A stretch of DNA of 21,019 nucleotides from Myxococcales bacterium. Lineage in GTDB: Bacteria; Myxococcota_A; UBA9042; JABWCM01; BTVJ01. The notes under the pieces are model-generated. The model was not told where the DNA came from. It was given only the letters and a program-made list of their open reading frames with translations, and did no database searches. Shown here piece after piece: positions 1-6,990 of this stretch. The stretch covers positions 1 to 21,019 of the forward strand of contig BTVJ01000113.1 in assembly GCA_045863395.1 (NCBI GenBank), given 5' to 3'. The position numbers were made by a program, and so were the translations under genes. Numbering within the stretch: position 1 is the first letter of the stretch; each line of letters opens with the position of its first letter.

Positions 1-18
1 ATCCTGCATCGCCCACCA
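1..18 (+). tRNA. 3' end of a tRNA (probably tRNA-Val), partial; likely att core
   Basis: ATCCTGC-ATCGCCC-A-CCA reads as T-arm 3' side, acceptor strand, discriminator A and CCA. The acceptor resembles GGGYGAU-type tRNA-Val. The anticodon is outside the window, so identity is inferred. Confidence 0.75.
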
Positions 19-21
19 GAG

Positions 22-48
22 AGGCCAGCGGAAACGCTGGCCTTTTTT
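22..48 (+). terminator. Rho-independent terminator after the tRNA
   Basis: AGGCCAGCG-GAAA-CGCTGGCCT followed by a T run. Confidence 0.9.
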
Positions 49-69
49 GTTTCTGGCGCTCGCATGCCC

Positions 70-108
70 GTTGTGACCGGCCCCAAGTCACAACACCGAG
101 CCACAACA
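70..108. promoter_or_regulatory. Putative integrase arm-type binding sites
   Basis: GTTGTGAC (70-77, inverted), AGTCACAACA (86-95) and AGCCACAACA (99-108) lie between the att core and the int stop. Confidence 0.55.
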
Positions 109-115
109 AGCGCCT

Positions 116-1306
116 CTAGTCCTCCCCCTCCAGCGCCTCTACCGCAGCCCGCTTCCGCTCCACCGCCACCCCTGCGTAGCGCTCGGTCATCGCCTCCGAC
201 ACGTGGCCCATCTGCGCCCGGATCGTGATGCGGTCCACCCCGGCCTCCAGGAGCTGGGTGTTGAAGGTGCGCCGGACCACCTGGGGCGTCACGTGGACGT
301 CGATGCCAGTGTGCTCCGCGGCCTCCACCAGGATCGGCAAGGCGGAGTTCGCGATCCGCAGCTCGCCGCGGGCGGATGGGAACACGAGGCCACGCTCGAT
401 GCCTGGCTGCTGCTCCCGGAGCATCCTGGCGCGCCTGACTCGGAGCAGGTCGACCATGGTCCGCGTCAGGGCGACGACTCGCGGGTCGTCGGTCTTCGGC
501 GTGGCCACGTCGCCCCGCCAGTGGGCACGGTCGATGTGGATCTGCCCGCGCTCCAGGTCCACCTGGTCCCACGTCAGCGCGTACAGCTCGCCGGGCCGCA
601 TCCCTGTGCGGAACATCAGGAAGACCTCGTCGTGCCAGGCCGGGCGGTGCTCCGCGAGCCACGCCAGGAAGGACCCCACTTCCTCCCGTGTCAGGGTCCT
701 CATTTCCCGCTTCCGCGGGGCCGCCGACGTCGGACCCTTCACCCGCGCGGTGGGGTCGGGCAGGTGCAGCTCTGCTGCGGCGTCGCGGAGGACCTCGGTC
801 AGGATCCGCCACCACCCCGCCAAGGTGTGGCGGCTGTACGGGTCGCCCGAGGGAAGGCGCAGCGCCTCCACCGCCGCCGTCCAGCCCTCGACGTCCGCTC
901 GGGTCAATCGGTCGAGCCGGATGTGCCCCAAGCGGGGGAGGATCTGCTGTGACAGCGCCCCCACGTAGCGGTCACGGGTGCTCGCCTTCAGGCGCGGCGC
1001 TCGGGCCTTCAGCCAGTGCTCGGCGTAGGCGGCGACGGTACTCCGCTGGGTCACCCCCGAGACCGGCGCCTCCTCCAGGTCCAGGAGCAGCTCCCTGCGC
1101 AGCGCTTCTCGGGCCTCCCGAGCCTGGGCCAGCTTCCCTTCGACCTGGCGCTCCCGCTGCACGATCCGCCCCGCGTGGCGCACGGCGACTCGCACCCGCC
1201 ACTGCCCGGGGGACAGCCTGTAGATGCCGGGCTCCTGCGGCGGCCGTTGCGGCTGCTGCTGCGGGCGGACTGGCGGCTCCCTCTGCTCCTGCTCCTCCTG
1301 TCCCAC
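116..1306 (-). CDS. int: Tyrosine recombinase / phage integrase
   Basis: TGMRPGEL (R), TPKT (K), QVVRRTF (HxxR box with Q), QMGH and TERY (Y). GTG start at 1306 with AGGAGG RBS is preferred over the ORF-track start at 1390. Confidence 0.95.
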   Translation of the reverse strand: MGQEEQEQREPPVRPQQQPQRPPQEPGIYRLSPGQWRVRVAVRHAGRIVQRERQVEGKLAQAREAREALRRELLLDLEEAPVSGVTQRSTVAAYAEHWLKARAPRLKASTRDRYVGALSQQILPRLGHIRLDRLTRADVEGWTAAVEALRLPSGDPYSRHTLAGWWRILTEVLRDAAAELHLPDPTARVKGPTSAAPRKREMRTLTREEVGSFLAWLAEHRPAWHDEVFLMFRTGMRPGELYALTWDQVDLERGQIHIDRAHWRGDVATPKTDDPRVVALTRTMVDLLRVRRARMLREQQPGIERGLVFPSARGELRIANSALPILVEAAEHTGIDVHVTPQVVRRTFNTQLLEAGVDRITIRAQMGHVSEAMTERYAGVAVERKRAAVEALEGED

Positions 1307-1616
1307 GGTCTTCCTCCTTCCGCCGTGCCATGCCGGCGACGAACGCGTCCAGGGTCTCGGGGAGGAACAGCCACGTCCCGCGCGTCCCACGGCGCCCGTC
1401 GGGGCGCAGCATCCCGGCGGCCACCCAGCCGGTCACCGTGCTCCTCCCGCCCGCCCCGATGTAGGCGGCCGCCTCGGCCGTGGTCAAGTACCGCGTCCGT
1501 TGCCCGCGGGGATCCGTGGCCCCCATGGGAGCGGAGGACAGGGCGAGCTCCAGGACCGCGAGCCTTGCACGCGTCGCGGCCAGCTCCGCCTCGAGGATGA
1601 TCCGGTCAGCGCTCAT
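972..1616 (-). CDS. xis: Excisionase-like winged-HTH (HTH_17/MerR-type) protein
   Basis: RYLTTAEAAAYIG..RSTVTGWVAAGML...WLF..ETLDAF, directly upstream of int. ATG 1616 is coupled to the upstream stop. A low-complexity tail runs about 335 nt into int in another frame. Confidence 0.8.
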   Translation of the reverse strand: MSADRIILEAELAATRARLAVLELALSSAPMGATDPRGQRTRYLTTAEAAAYIGAGGRSTVTGWVAAGMLRPDGRRGTRGTWLFLPETLDAFVAGMARRKEEDRGTGGAGAEGAASPPAAAAATAAAGARHLQAVPRAVAGASRRAPRGADRAAGAPGRREAGPGSGGPRSAAQGAAPGPGGGAGLGGDPAEYRRRLRRALAEGPSAAPEGEHP

Positions 1617-1885
1617 TCCATCCACCTGTCGCAGGCCCACCACTCGCGGCGCACCCGCCGCCCCCCCGCGTCGCTGGCGAGCCAGCAGTCGTGGGTCAGG
1701 CGGTAGCCAACGCACGTACCGCAGGTCTGCCCCTGCTCCTCGCGCAGCGGTCGGCCTGTGGGGTGCAGCCCCTCCGCGACGTGATCGAGGTGCTCCCCCG
1801 AGCACCCCTCCGCCCACCATGGGATCTGTGATCGGAGGCTGTGCCGCGCTGCTGCGTGGATGGCGTTCCAGGGGTGGGGGCTCAT
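1613..1885 (-). CDS. Hypothetical phage protein, Cys-rich (90 aa)
   Basis: GGAGG RBS; ATGA coupling at both ends; CGTC...C...WWAC motif. Confidence 0.7.
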   Translation of the reverse strand: MSPHPWNAIHAAARHSLRSQIPWWAEGCSGEHLDHVAEGLHPTGRPLREEQGQTCGTCVGYRLTHDCWLASDAGGRRVRREWWACDRWME

Positions 1886-1959
1886 TCCGTGTCCTCCGCG
1901 ATCTGCGCGATGTGACGCACGGCGTGGGCCGCCACCGCGAAGTCGAAAGCGAGCTGCAT
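1882..1959 (-). CDS. Small peptide MQLAFDFAVAAHAVRHIAQIAEDTE (25 aa)
   Basis: Exactly fills the gap between neighbouring genes with start/stop overlaps at both ends; not in the ORF track. Confidence 0.5.
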   Translation of the reverse strand: MQLAFDFAVAAHAVRHIAQIAEDTE

Positions 1960-2231
1960 CACACATCCCCCCTGAGTGCCCGCCACCGGAGCAGCCGGCG
2001 CCAGTCGCGGCCGTCCTTGACGTACCATTCAAGCGTGCAGTCCATGCGGTAGCGCCGGTGTAGGTAGCGCCGCAAGAAGCGCGGTAGTGGCTGACGCTGC
2101 CGCAGATCCGGTTGAGCGCAGTGGTAGCACCCCGTGGTGAGCACACGTCCCGTGGGGTAGTTGCGCACCCGGACCAGCGGGGCGCCGCAACGCTCGCAGT
2201 GGTGCGGGGCTGGTGTAGTGATGTGGGTCAT
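1959..2231 (-). CDS. Hypothetical zinc-ribbon protein (90 aa)
   Basis: CERC...CYHC; AAGGAG RBS; ATGA overlap with the upstream gene. Confidence 0.65.
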   Translation of the reverse strand: MTHITTPAPHHCERCGAPLVRVRNYPTGRVLTTGCYHCAQPDLRQRQPLPRFLRRYLHRRYRMDCTLEWYVKDGRDWRRLLRWRALRGDV

Positions 2232-2458
2232 GGGATGGGGTTCTCCTTTGCGATCTGCCTCAGCGCGCAGAGGAGCAGCGACAGCGCCGACATGGCAGTC
2301 TCCCCGTCGCCCATCGTGACGCCTTGTATCGCAGCCGTGAAGGCCGGCGCGCGGGAGCGTAGGGGATCGTGGCGCAGATGGATCATGACTCCGCCCGGGC
2401 CTTGGTCTACCAGCCACCGATCCAGTGAGCCCGGCACGTAGTCGTCTCGCGTGGTCAT
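2228..2458 (-). CDS. Hypothetical protein (76 aa)
   Basis: ATG overlaps the methyltransferase stop (ATGA); GGAGG upstream. Confidence 0.65.
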   Translation of the reverse strand: MTTRDDYVPGSLDRWLVDQGPGGVMIHLRHDPLRSRAPAFTAAIQGVTMGDGETAMSALSLLLCALRQIAKENPIP

Positions 2459-3633
2459 GGCGCCTGCGCCTCCTCTCTCCGCTCGACCCACACACCCTCG
2501 CCACCGAGCTCCCACACACCTGCGTCCGCGGCGAGGAGCGCCCGTGCCGCCGTCTCCGCGATGGCCTGCGCCGTGTCCGGTGGCACTGCGTTGCCGATAC
2601 GCTGGCGCCAGCCCTGGTGACTGGCGCCGTCGAGGACGAGCCACTCGCCCTCGCGACCGACAGGCAGCGCCTGGAGCGCGGCCAGTTCGAGCGTCGTCAT
2701 CGGACGGTGCCATGTGCCGTCCGCTGCGATGATGATCGGCGGGTCGGCGATGCTCGACCAGGCGTTGCGGTGGTTGGCGGCGGCCACCACCGCGTGCCCG
2801 GCGTCATCCCACCGTTCGACGCCGTAGGCGCCGCGGTGGCGGTCGTCGGACGGGCGCATCTCCACCGACTCCGGCAAGTTCCGCCAGTCCCCGCCGGCGG
2901 GTACGAGCGCGAGCCGCAGCCAGTTCAGCGCGCTCAACCGCGGCAGCCGGTGCATCGGCCCGCCTGCGTCCCCGCCCGGCCATGGCACGGGGAGCGGCCC
3001 GATCACGTCGCCGACGGTGCGGAGCGTCTTCTTCGGCGGCTCGAACCAGTAGTTGGGGACGGATCGCGTGTGCCGCGCCACGAGAAGGAATCGGCGCCGG
3101 CGCTGGCCGAGTCCGCCGAGCTCGCCGCAGTCGTGCACCGTCTCCCGGCAGGCGTAGCCGTAGGACTGGAGCATCCCGACGACGACGTCGAGGAGGTGCC
3201 GGCCCCGATTCTGGATGCGGGGGACGTTCTCCAGGAGGATGAGCCGCGGCGGGCTGTCGGGCCACGCTTCGAGCGTCAGGAAGAGTCCGCGGACGGCCAG
3301 GTCCGCCATCTCCTGGTAGCGGGGCGTGCAGGCGGTTGCGGCGGGGAGGCACCCCGAGAAGCTCTTGCAGGGCGGGCTCGTGAAGAGCACCGCCGGCGGC
3401 TCGGGACACGCGGCACGCAGCTCGTCGGGCGTCATCGTCGCGAGGTCGGCGACGGTGCACGGGTGCCCCGTCAGGGCCTCGAAGTCCCGGGCCGCCGCGG
3501 CGTCGAAGTCCACGGCGCCGGCGATGCGGAACCGGCCGACGAGCCCCCGCATACGCCCCTGGGCGCGCTGGAAGCCGAGGGCTCCGCCCCCCAGGCCGGC
3601 GAAGAGAAAGAGGGCAGGGTAGGTGGTCGTCAC
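2455..3633 (-). CDS. DNA (cytosine-5)-methyltransferase, orphan
   Basis: Motif I LFAGLGG, IV SPPCKSFS, VI LLENVP, VIII QRRRRF, X IGNAVPP. GTG start with GGAGG RBS. Confidence 0.95.
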   Translation of the reverse strand: MTTTYPALFLFAGLGGGALGFQRAQGRMRGLVGRFRIAGAVDFDAAAARDFEALTGHPCTVADLATMTPDELRAACPEPPAVLFTSPPCKSFSGCLPAATACTPRYQEMADLAVRGLFLTLEAWPDSPPRLILLENVPRIQNRGRHLLDVVVGMLQSYGYACRETVHDCGELGGLGQRRRRFLLVARHTRSVPNYWFEPPKKTLRTVGDVIGPLPVPWPGGDAGGPMHRLPRLSALNWLRLALVPAGGDWRNLPESVEMRPSDDRHRGAYGVERWDDAGHAVVAAANHRNAWSSIADPPIIIAADGTWHRPMTTLELAALQALPVGREGEWLVLDGASHQGWRQRIGNAVPPDTAQAIAETAARALLAADAGVWELGGEGVWVERREEAQAP

Positions 3634-3744
3634 GCAGGCACCTCCGGAGGCTCGGGCAGCGGCGCCCAGGCGACGACCCGGCTCCAGCACTCCACGATGC
3701 CGGGCGTGGTCAGGCCGGCGAAGAGGAAGAGGGCAGGGTAGGTG
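3592..3744. repeat. 34-bp direct repeat (3592-3625 and 3711-3744, one mismatch) of the methyltransferase 5' end
   Basis: caggccggcgaagagRaagagggcagggtaggtg occurs twice; both copies encode TYPALFLFAGL on the minus strand. Confidence 0.9.
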
Positions 3745-3749
3745 CTCAT
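3630..3749 (-). pseudogene. Chimeric 39-aa remnant: MTase N-terminus fused to a DUF551-like C-terminus
   Basis: MSTYPALFLFAGL-TTPGIVECWSRVVAWAPLPEPPEVPA. WxPLPEPP is the DUF551 signature. Coupled to both neighbours. Confidence 0.7.
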
Positions 3750-4174
3750 GACACCAGTCCATCGGCCATATCAACCGCCGCGCCCCACGCCTCCAGCCAC
3801 TCCGTCAGCGGCTCCGCATACGGCCGACCGGCGAGCATTACGACCACGTCGCCACGGATGACACGCGCTCCCAGCACGTAGCGATGCCCCATGAGTTGGC
3901 CGCGGCATCTCGTGGCCCACGCGGTGCGCGGGTCCGGGGAGACCGTCCGGCCGCGGCCGCTCCGGATGACGTCGGCCATGGAGCGCTCGTACGGCTCCAG
4001 GACCTCGTCCGGGTCCACGACGTGGTGCAGCGCGGAGAGCACATACCAGCGGTCGCAGGTGGCCTCGGCGTAGGCCACGGATGCGCGGAAGAGCTGCCCC
4101 TGGTACAGGTCGCGGGCAGGGGCAGCGTGCAGGAGCTTGGTGCGGCTGCACGCGATGATGGCGATGCGGGTCAT
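3746..4174 (-). CDS. DUF6884-like protein (142 aa)
   Basis: IAIIACSRTK...PARDLYQGQLF...WYVLSALHHVVDPD..LEPYE...LAGRPY. The true start is ATG 4174, coupled to the upstream stop. Confidence 0.8.
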   Translation of the reverse strand: MTRIAIIACSRTKLLHAAPARDLYQGQLFRASVAYAEATCDRWYVLSALHHVVDPDEVLEPYERSMADVIRSGRGRTVSPDPRTAWATRCRGQLMGHRYVLGARVIRGDVVVMLAGRPYAEPLTEWLEAWGAAVDMADGLVS

Positions 4175-4311
4175 GGATAGCCCCTCAGCGTCGTCGCCCT
4201 CGGCACATACAGCGGGTGCCACGGGTGCCCGTCCTTTGTGAGACGCAAGCACTGCACGTTCCCGCCCAGCAGCCGGACGATGCGCCAGGTGTGGCGCCGG
4301 GGACTGTCCAT
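4171..4311 (-). pseudogene. C-terminal fragment of a DUF1643-like protein (46 aa) with its own RBS
   Basis: MDSPRRHTWRIVRLLGGNVQCLRLTKDGHPWHPLYVPRATTLRGYP. CL..TKDGHP.HPLY is the DUF1643 C-terminal motif. AGGAGG lies 5 nt before the ATG. Not in the ORF track. Confidence 0.7.
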
Positions 4312-4333
4312 CCGATCCTCCTGTCGTAGCTGC

Positions 4334-4468
4334 CCGCCCGCCCCGAGCGCGCGAGCAATGGGGCGAGCGGGCCTGCCCCACCGTGGGGCAGACTGTCATG
4401 GGGTCGCCGGACCGCGGTGACTGGCTCAAGCCCGCGGCCCGGCGTCCCGACGCACCGTGCGTCAGGAC
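4334..4468 (-). ncRNA. Putative structured RNA: two tandem double-hairpin units
   Basis: Four stems of 10-12 bp (4444-4468, 4406-4443, 4371-4393, 4334-4370). Each has one G-U wobble only on the minus strand. Stems 1 and 3 share the apex CACGGUG. Confidence 0.6.
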
Positions 4469-4557
4469 TCGTCGATGGGGACATCCTCGGGCCGGGGCTC
4501 CAACAGGTCGAACTCGACGCCCGACGCGGTCTGGATCCAGTGCGGAGAGCGGATCAT
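4462..4557 (-). pseudogene. N-terminal fragment (31 aa) of a YfdR-like HD-family phosphohydrolase
   Basis: MIRSPHWIQTASGVEFDLLEPRPEDVPIDES*. It matches the WIQT.SG..FD.L.P.PED..I.D start of phage YfdR-like proteins and stops before the HD motif. GAGGTG RBS, ATGA-coupled. Confidence 0.7.
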
Positions 4558-5219
4558 GCGTCACCTCGTTGGCGCTGACTCGCTCGCCAGCGGTCGAAGT
4601 CCGCCTGCTGGCGGGCTGCGTGTACTCGGAGGTGGGCCTCCAGGGCGTCGGTCTCTCGGGGGAGCGCCAGGCCGCCCTTGTGCCTGGTGAGCAGGTGCCA
4701 CAGGAGCGCGCCTGTCATGAGGCAGTCCGCCGTTGCGCGGTGGGCGTTCGGGGGGCGGGGGATGTGGAGTCGTTCGCAGACCGACGTCAGCTTGTGGCGG
4801 CCATGGCCCTTCCAGAAGCGCCCCACGCTGTCCAGGCGGACTATCACCAGCGGGTCAATCACCGGCTTGCCGACGACGGCCATGTCCCAGCGTGGACCGA
4901 TGCTGCGTTGCAGAATCGGCGCATCGAAGTGCGAGAAGTTGTACCCCACCAGGACGTCTGCTGAGCGTACGTGAGCCAGAAATCGCTCATCCACCTCATC
5001 AAGGCGTGGACTCTCTCTGATGTCTGCGCTGGAGATGCCGTGCACGGCGCTGGCCGCGTCCGGAATGGGGACTCCAGGGTTGATCAGAGTCCCCATTCTC
5101 TGGCCCGCCCGGCCCCCGTCGAAGGGGACGGCCCCGAGCTCCACGATACGTGCTACCGCCGGGTCCGGGCCGGTCGTCTCCGTGTCGATGACCAGCCACT
5201 TTGCGTCGAGGATGTTCAT
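4554..5219 (-). CDS. DEDDh 3'-5' exonuclease (DnaQ/epsilon-like)
   Basis: ExoI VIDTETTG, ExoII GYNFSHFD, ExoIII AHRATADC; start at MNILDAKW. Confidence 0.92.
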   Translation of the reverse strand: MNILDAKWLVIDTETTGPDPAVARIVELGAVPFDGGRAGQRMGTLINPGVPIPDAASAVHGISSADIRESPRLDEVDERFLAHVRSADVLVGYNFSHFDAPILQRSIGPRWDMAVVGKPVIDPLVIVRLDSVGRFWKGHGRHKLTSVCERLHIPRPPNAHRATADCLMTGALLWHLLTRHKGGLALPRETDALEAHLRVHAARQQADFDRWRASQRQRGDA

Positions 5220-5227
5220 CGGCGCCC

Positions 5228-5992
5228 CTACGCGAAGAAGTCCGTGGTGTCCGTGGCACGAGACTGCCGAGCGGCCGGCGGCGGAGTCGTGGTCCGACGG
5301 GGCGACCGTGAGGGCACGGCCTCCGGCTCCGGCTCCTCGGGTGGTGGAGTGACTGTGCGCGGGCGACTCGCCGGGGCAGTATTCCGGGGCTCCCGTACCG
5401 GCTCCCTTGCAGGGGCCTCCTCGGGCTCCGTGCGGCGCTGGCGCTTCGTCTCCTCCACGTCTCCGCGCTTCGCGTCGCTCGGAAAGCTCTCGCTGCCGAT
5501 GGCCCACAGGTCGTGGATCGGGGTCGCGGCGATCTCTGCGACCTCCTCGTCAGAGATCGCCTCGTCAGGGAGAATAGCGTAGGTGGTCTTGGGATCTCCC
5601 TTCGCCCCCTGCCGCTCGACCTCGAACCAGACCATGGCCAGACCGTACTTCTTGATCACCTTGAGGACGTTCTTGAACCACCCCGGACCGCCCTCGATGA
5701 CCTTCATCCGGCGCTCGTCTCGGACGTAGAAGTTCAACTGAGCCTTGGTGCCGACCCTCAGCCCCTGCGCGCAGTACTTGCACCCCTCGGGGCGGTCGAG
5801 GGTGCAGTCGACATACTCCACGCTGGTCCAATGCACGTCCCGGATGCGCGGGTCATCGACGAAGGTGCCGACGACCTGGTCGCCGTCATCCTCCAGGCGC
5901 ACGTAGATGCTGTTCTGCTTCGCCCTCTCCTTCATGTACTCGCTGGCGGTCTCGTAGCCGCCGATGTGTCCCTTACCGCGCTTGAAGGCCAT
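5228..5992 (-). CDS. Putative phage ssDNA-binding protein (gp32-like OB fold with Zn ligands)
   Basis: VHW...DC...GCKYC, FEVERQG..GDPKTTY, Pro-rich linker and acidic/aromatic tail DTTDFFA; directly downstream of YqaJ. Confidence 0.6.
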   Translation of the reverse strand: MAFKRGKGHIGGYETASEYMKERAKQNSIYVRLEDDGDQVVGTFVDDPRIRDVHWTSVEYVDCTLDRPEGCKYCAQGLRVGTKAQLNFYVRDERRMKVIEGGPGWFKNVLKVIKKYGLAMVWFEVERQGAKGDPKTTYAILPDEAISDEEVAEIAATPIHDLWAIGSESFPSDAKRGDVEETKRQRRTEPEEAPAREPVREPRNTAPASRPRTVTPPPEEPEPEAVPSRSPRRTTTPPPAARQSRATDTTDFFA

Positions 5993-6990
5993 CACTTCAC
6001 CTCGCTCACGTCGAAGCGCCTGTGGGTACTCGTCACGGAGCACTCCGCGGCGATGGTTGGGTACTTGCTCTGCAGCTTCTTGGTGTCGATCCGCGTTGCG
6101 CTGATGGTCGGCCACCTTACGAGGTAGCGGCCCACGGAGCCGCGCTCAGACTCGGCGAGTAGGGTCTTCAGCTCCGCCTCCACGGCGGAGCGGGCCCGCT
6201 CGGCGGTCTTCTGCTCCAGGATGATCGCCTCGCGGTCCTGAATGAGCTGGAGTGCGCGGTCTGGCAGGCGCACCACGTCGGGAGACGACTCCGCCCACAT
6301 CTTGGCCAGCGCCTCGGAAGTGCTCTCGTCGCCGTCCACCGGTGGCATCTCCCCGGCCTGCACGTAGCCCCAGAACTCCCGCTCCTGCTCGAGCAGCCAG
6401 GCGATGGCCTCCTCGTCGCGCTCCACGATGCGCTCCTCATAGTGGTTGCCCCCGAGCAGCACGGGCACGTAGGCGCGACGCACGCGGGGCCCCAGCACTG
6501 CCAGGTAGTGGAGGACCTGCCAGTAGTAGTCCGCCGGCACGCCCCCCTTCCACTTGCGCTTCATGTATTCGCCGCCGGTCTTCACCTCGACGAGGACGTG
6601 CTCTCCGCCGGAGTCCCGGGCGAGGCCGTCCAGGTTGGCCAGGCACCAGGGGATGTTGCTGTGCCGCAGACTCGCACCCACTCGCAGCACAGAGAGCTCC
6701 GGGTGACGGTCGGCGAAGGCCTGCAGCACGGCAGACTCGTGCCTGTGGCCCCACTCCATGGGCTCCGTCTGCTCCCGCGGAGGGATCCGGCCCGTCTTGT
6801 CCGCCCAGAGGTAGACCCGGCTCCGGTACTCGCTCACACCAGCGGCCGCCGCAGCGTCCGACCCTCCGATGCCAGCGGTGCGCAGCTCGAGCCACTGCTC
6901 ATGCGTCAGCTCGTCATGCCAGCCCACCACGGCGCCGTCGCCCACGCGACCCACGCGCCCGATGGTCCCAATCTGTGCCGTCCCGATCAT
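5992..6990 (-). CDS. YqaJ-like viral recombinase / lambda-type exonuclease
   Basis: WLELRTAGIGGSD, WADKTG, MEWGHRHE, NLDG, VEVKT, YYWQVLHYL. Confidence 0.93.
   Translation of the reverse strand: MIGTAQIGTIGRVGRVGDGAVVGWHDELTHEQWLELRTAGIGGSDAAAAAGVSEYRSRVYLWADKTGRIPPREQTEPMEWGHRHESAVLQAFADRHPELSVLRVGASLRHSNIPWCLANLDGLARDSGGEHVLVEVKTGGEYMKRKWKGGVPADYYWQVLHYLAVLGPRVRRAYVPVLLGGNHYEERIVERDEEAIAWLLEQEREFWGYVQAGEMPPVDGDESTSEALAKMWAESSPDVVRLPDRALQLIQDREAIILEQKTAERARSAVEAELKTLLAESERGSVGRYLVRWPTISATRIDTKKLQSKYPTIAAECSVTSTHRRFDVSEVK

Noticed and set aside
203..1464. Long plus-strand ORFs over the integrase (203-952, 225-968, 688-1464)
   Set aside because: Antisense shadow frames of a GC-rich gene; Arg/Pro/Ala-rich with no motifs.
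2425..3741. 438-aa plus-strand ORF
   Set aside because: Shadow of the methyltransferase on the opposite strand.
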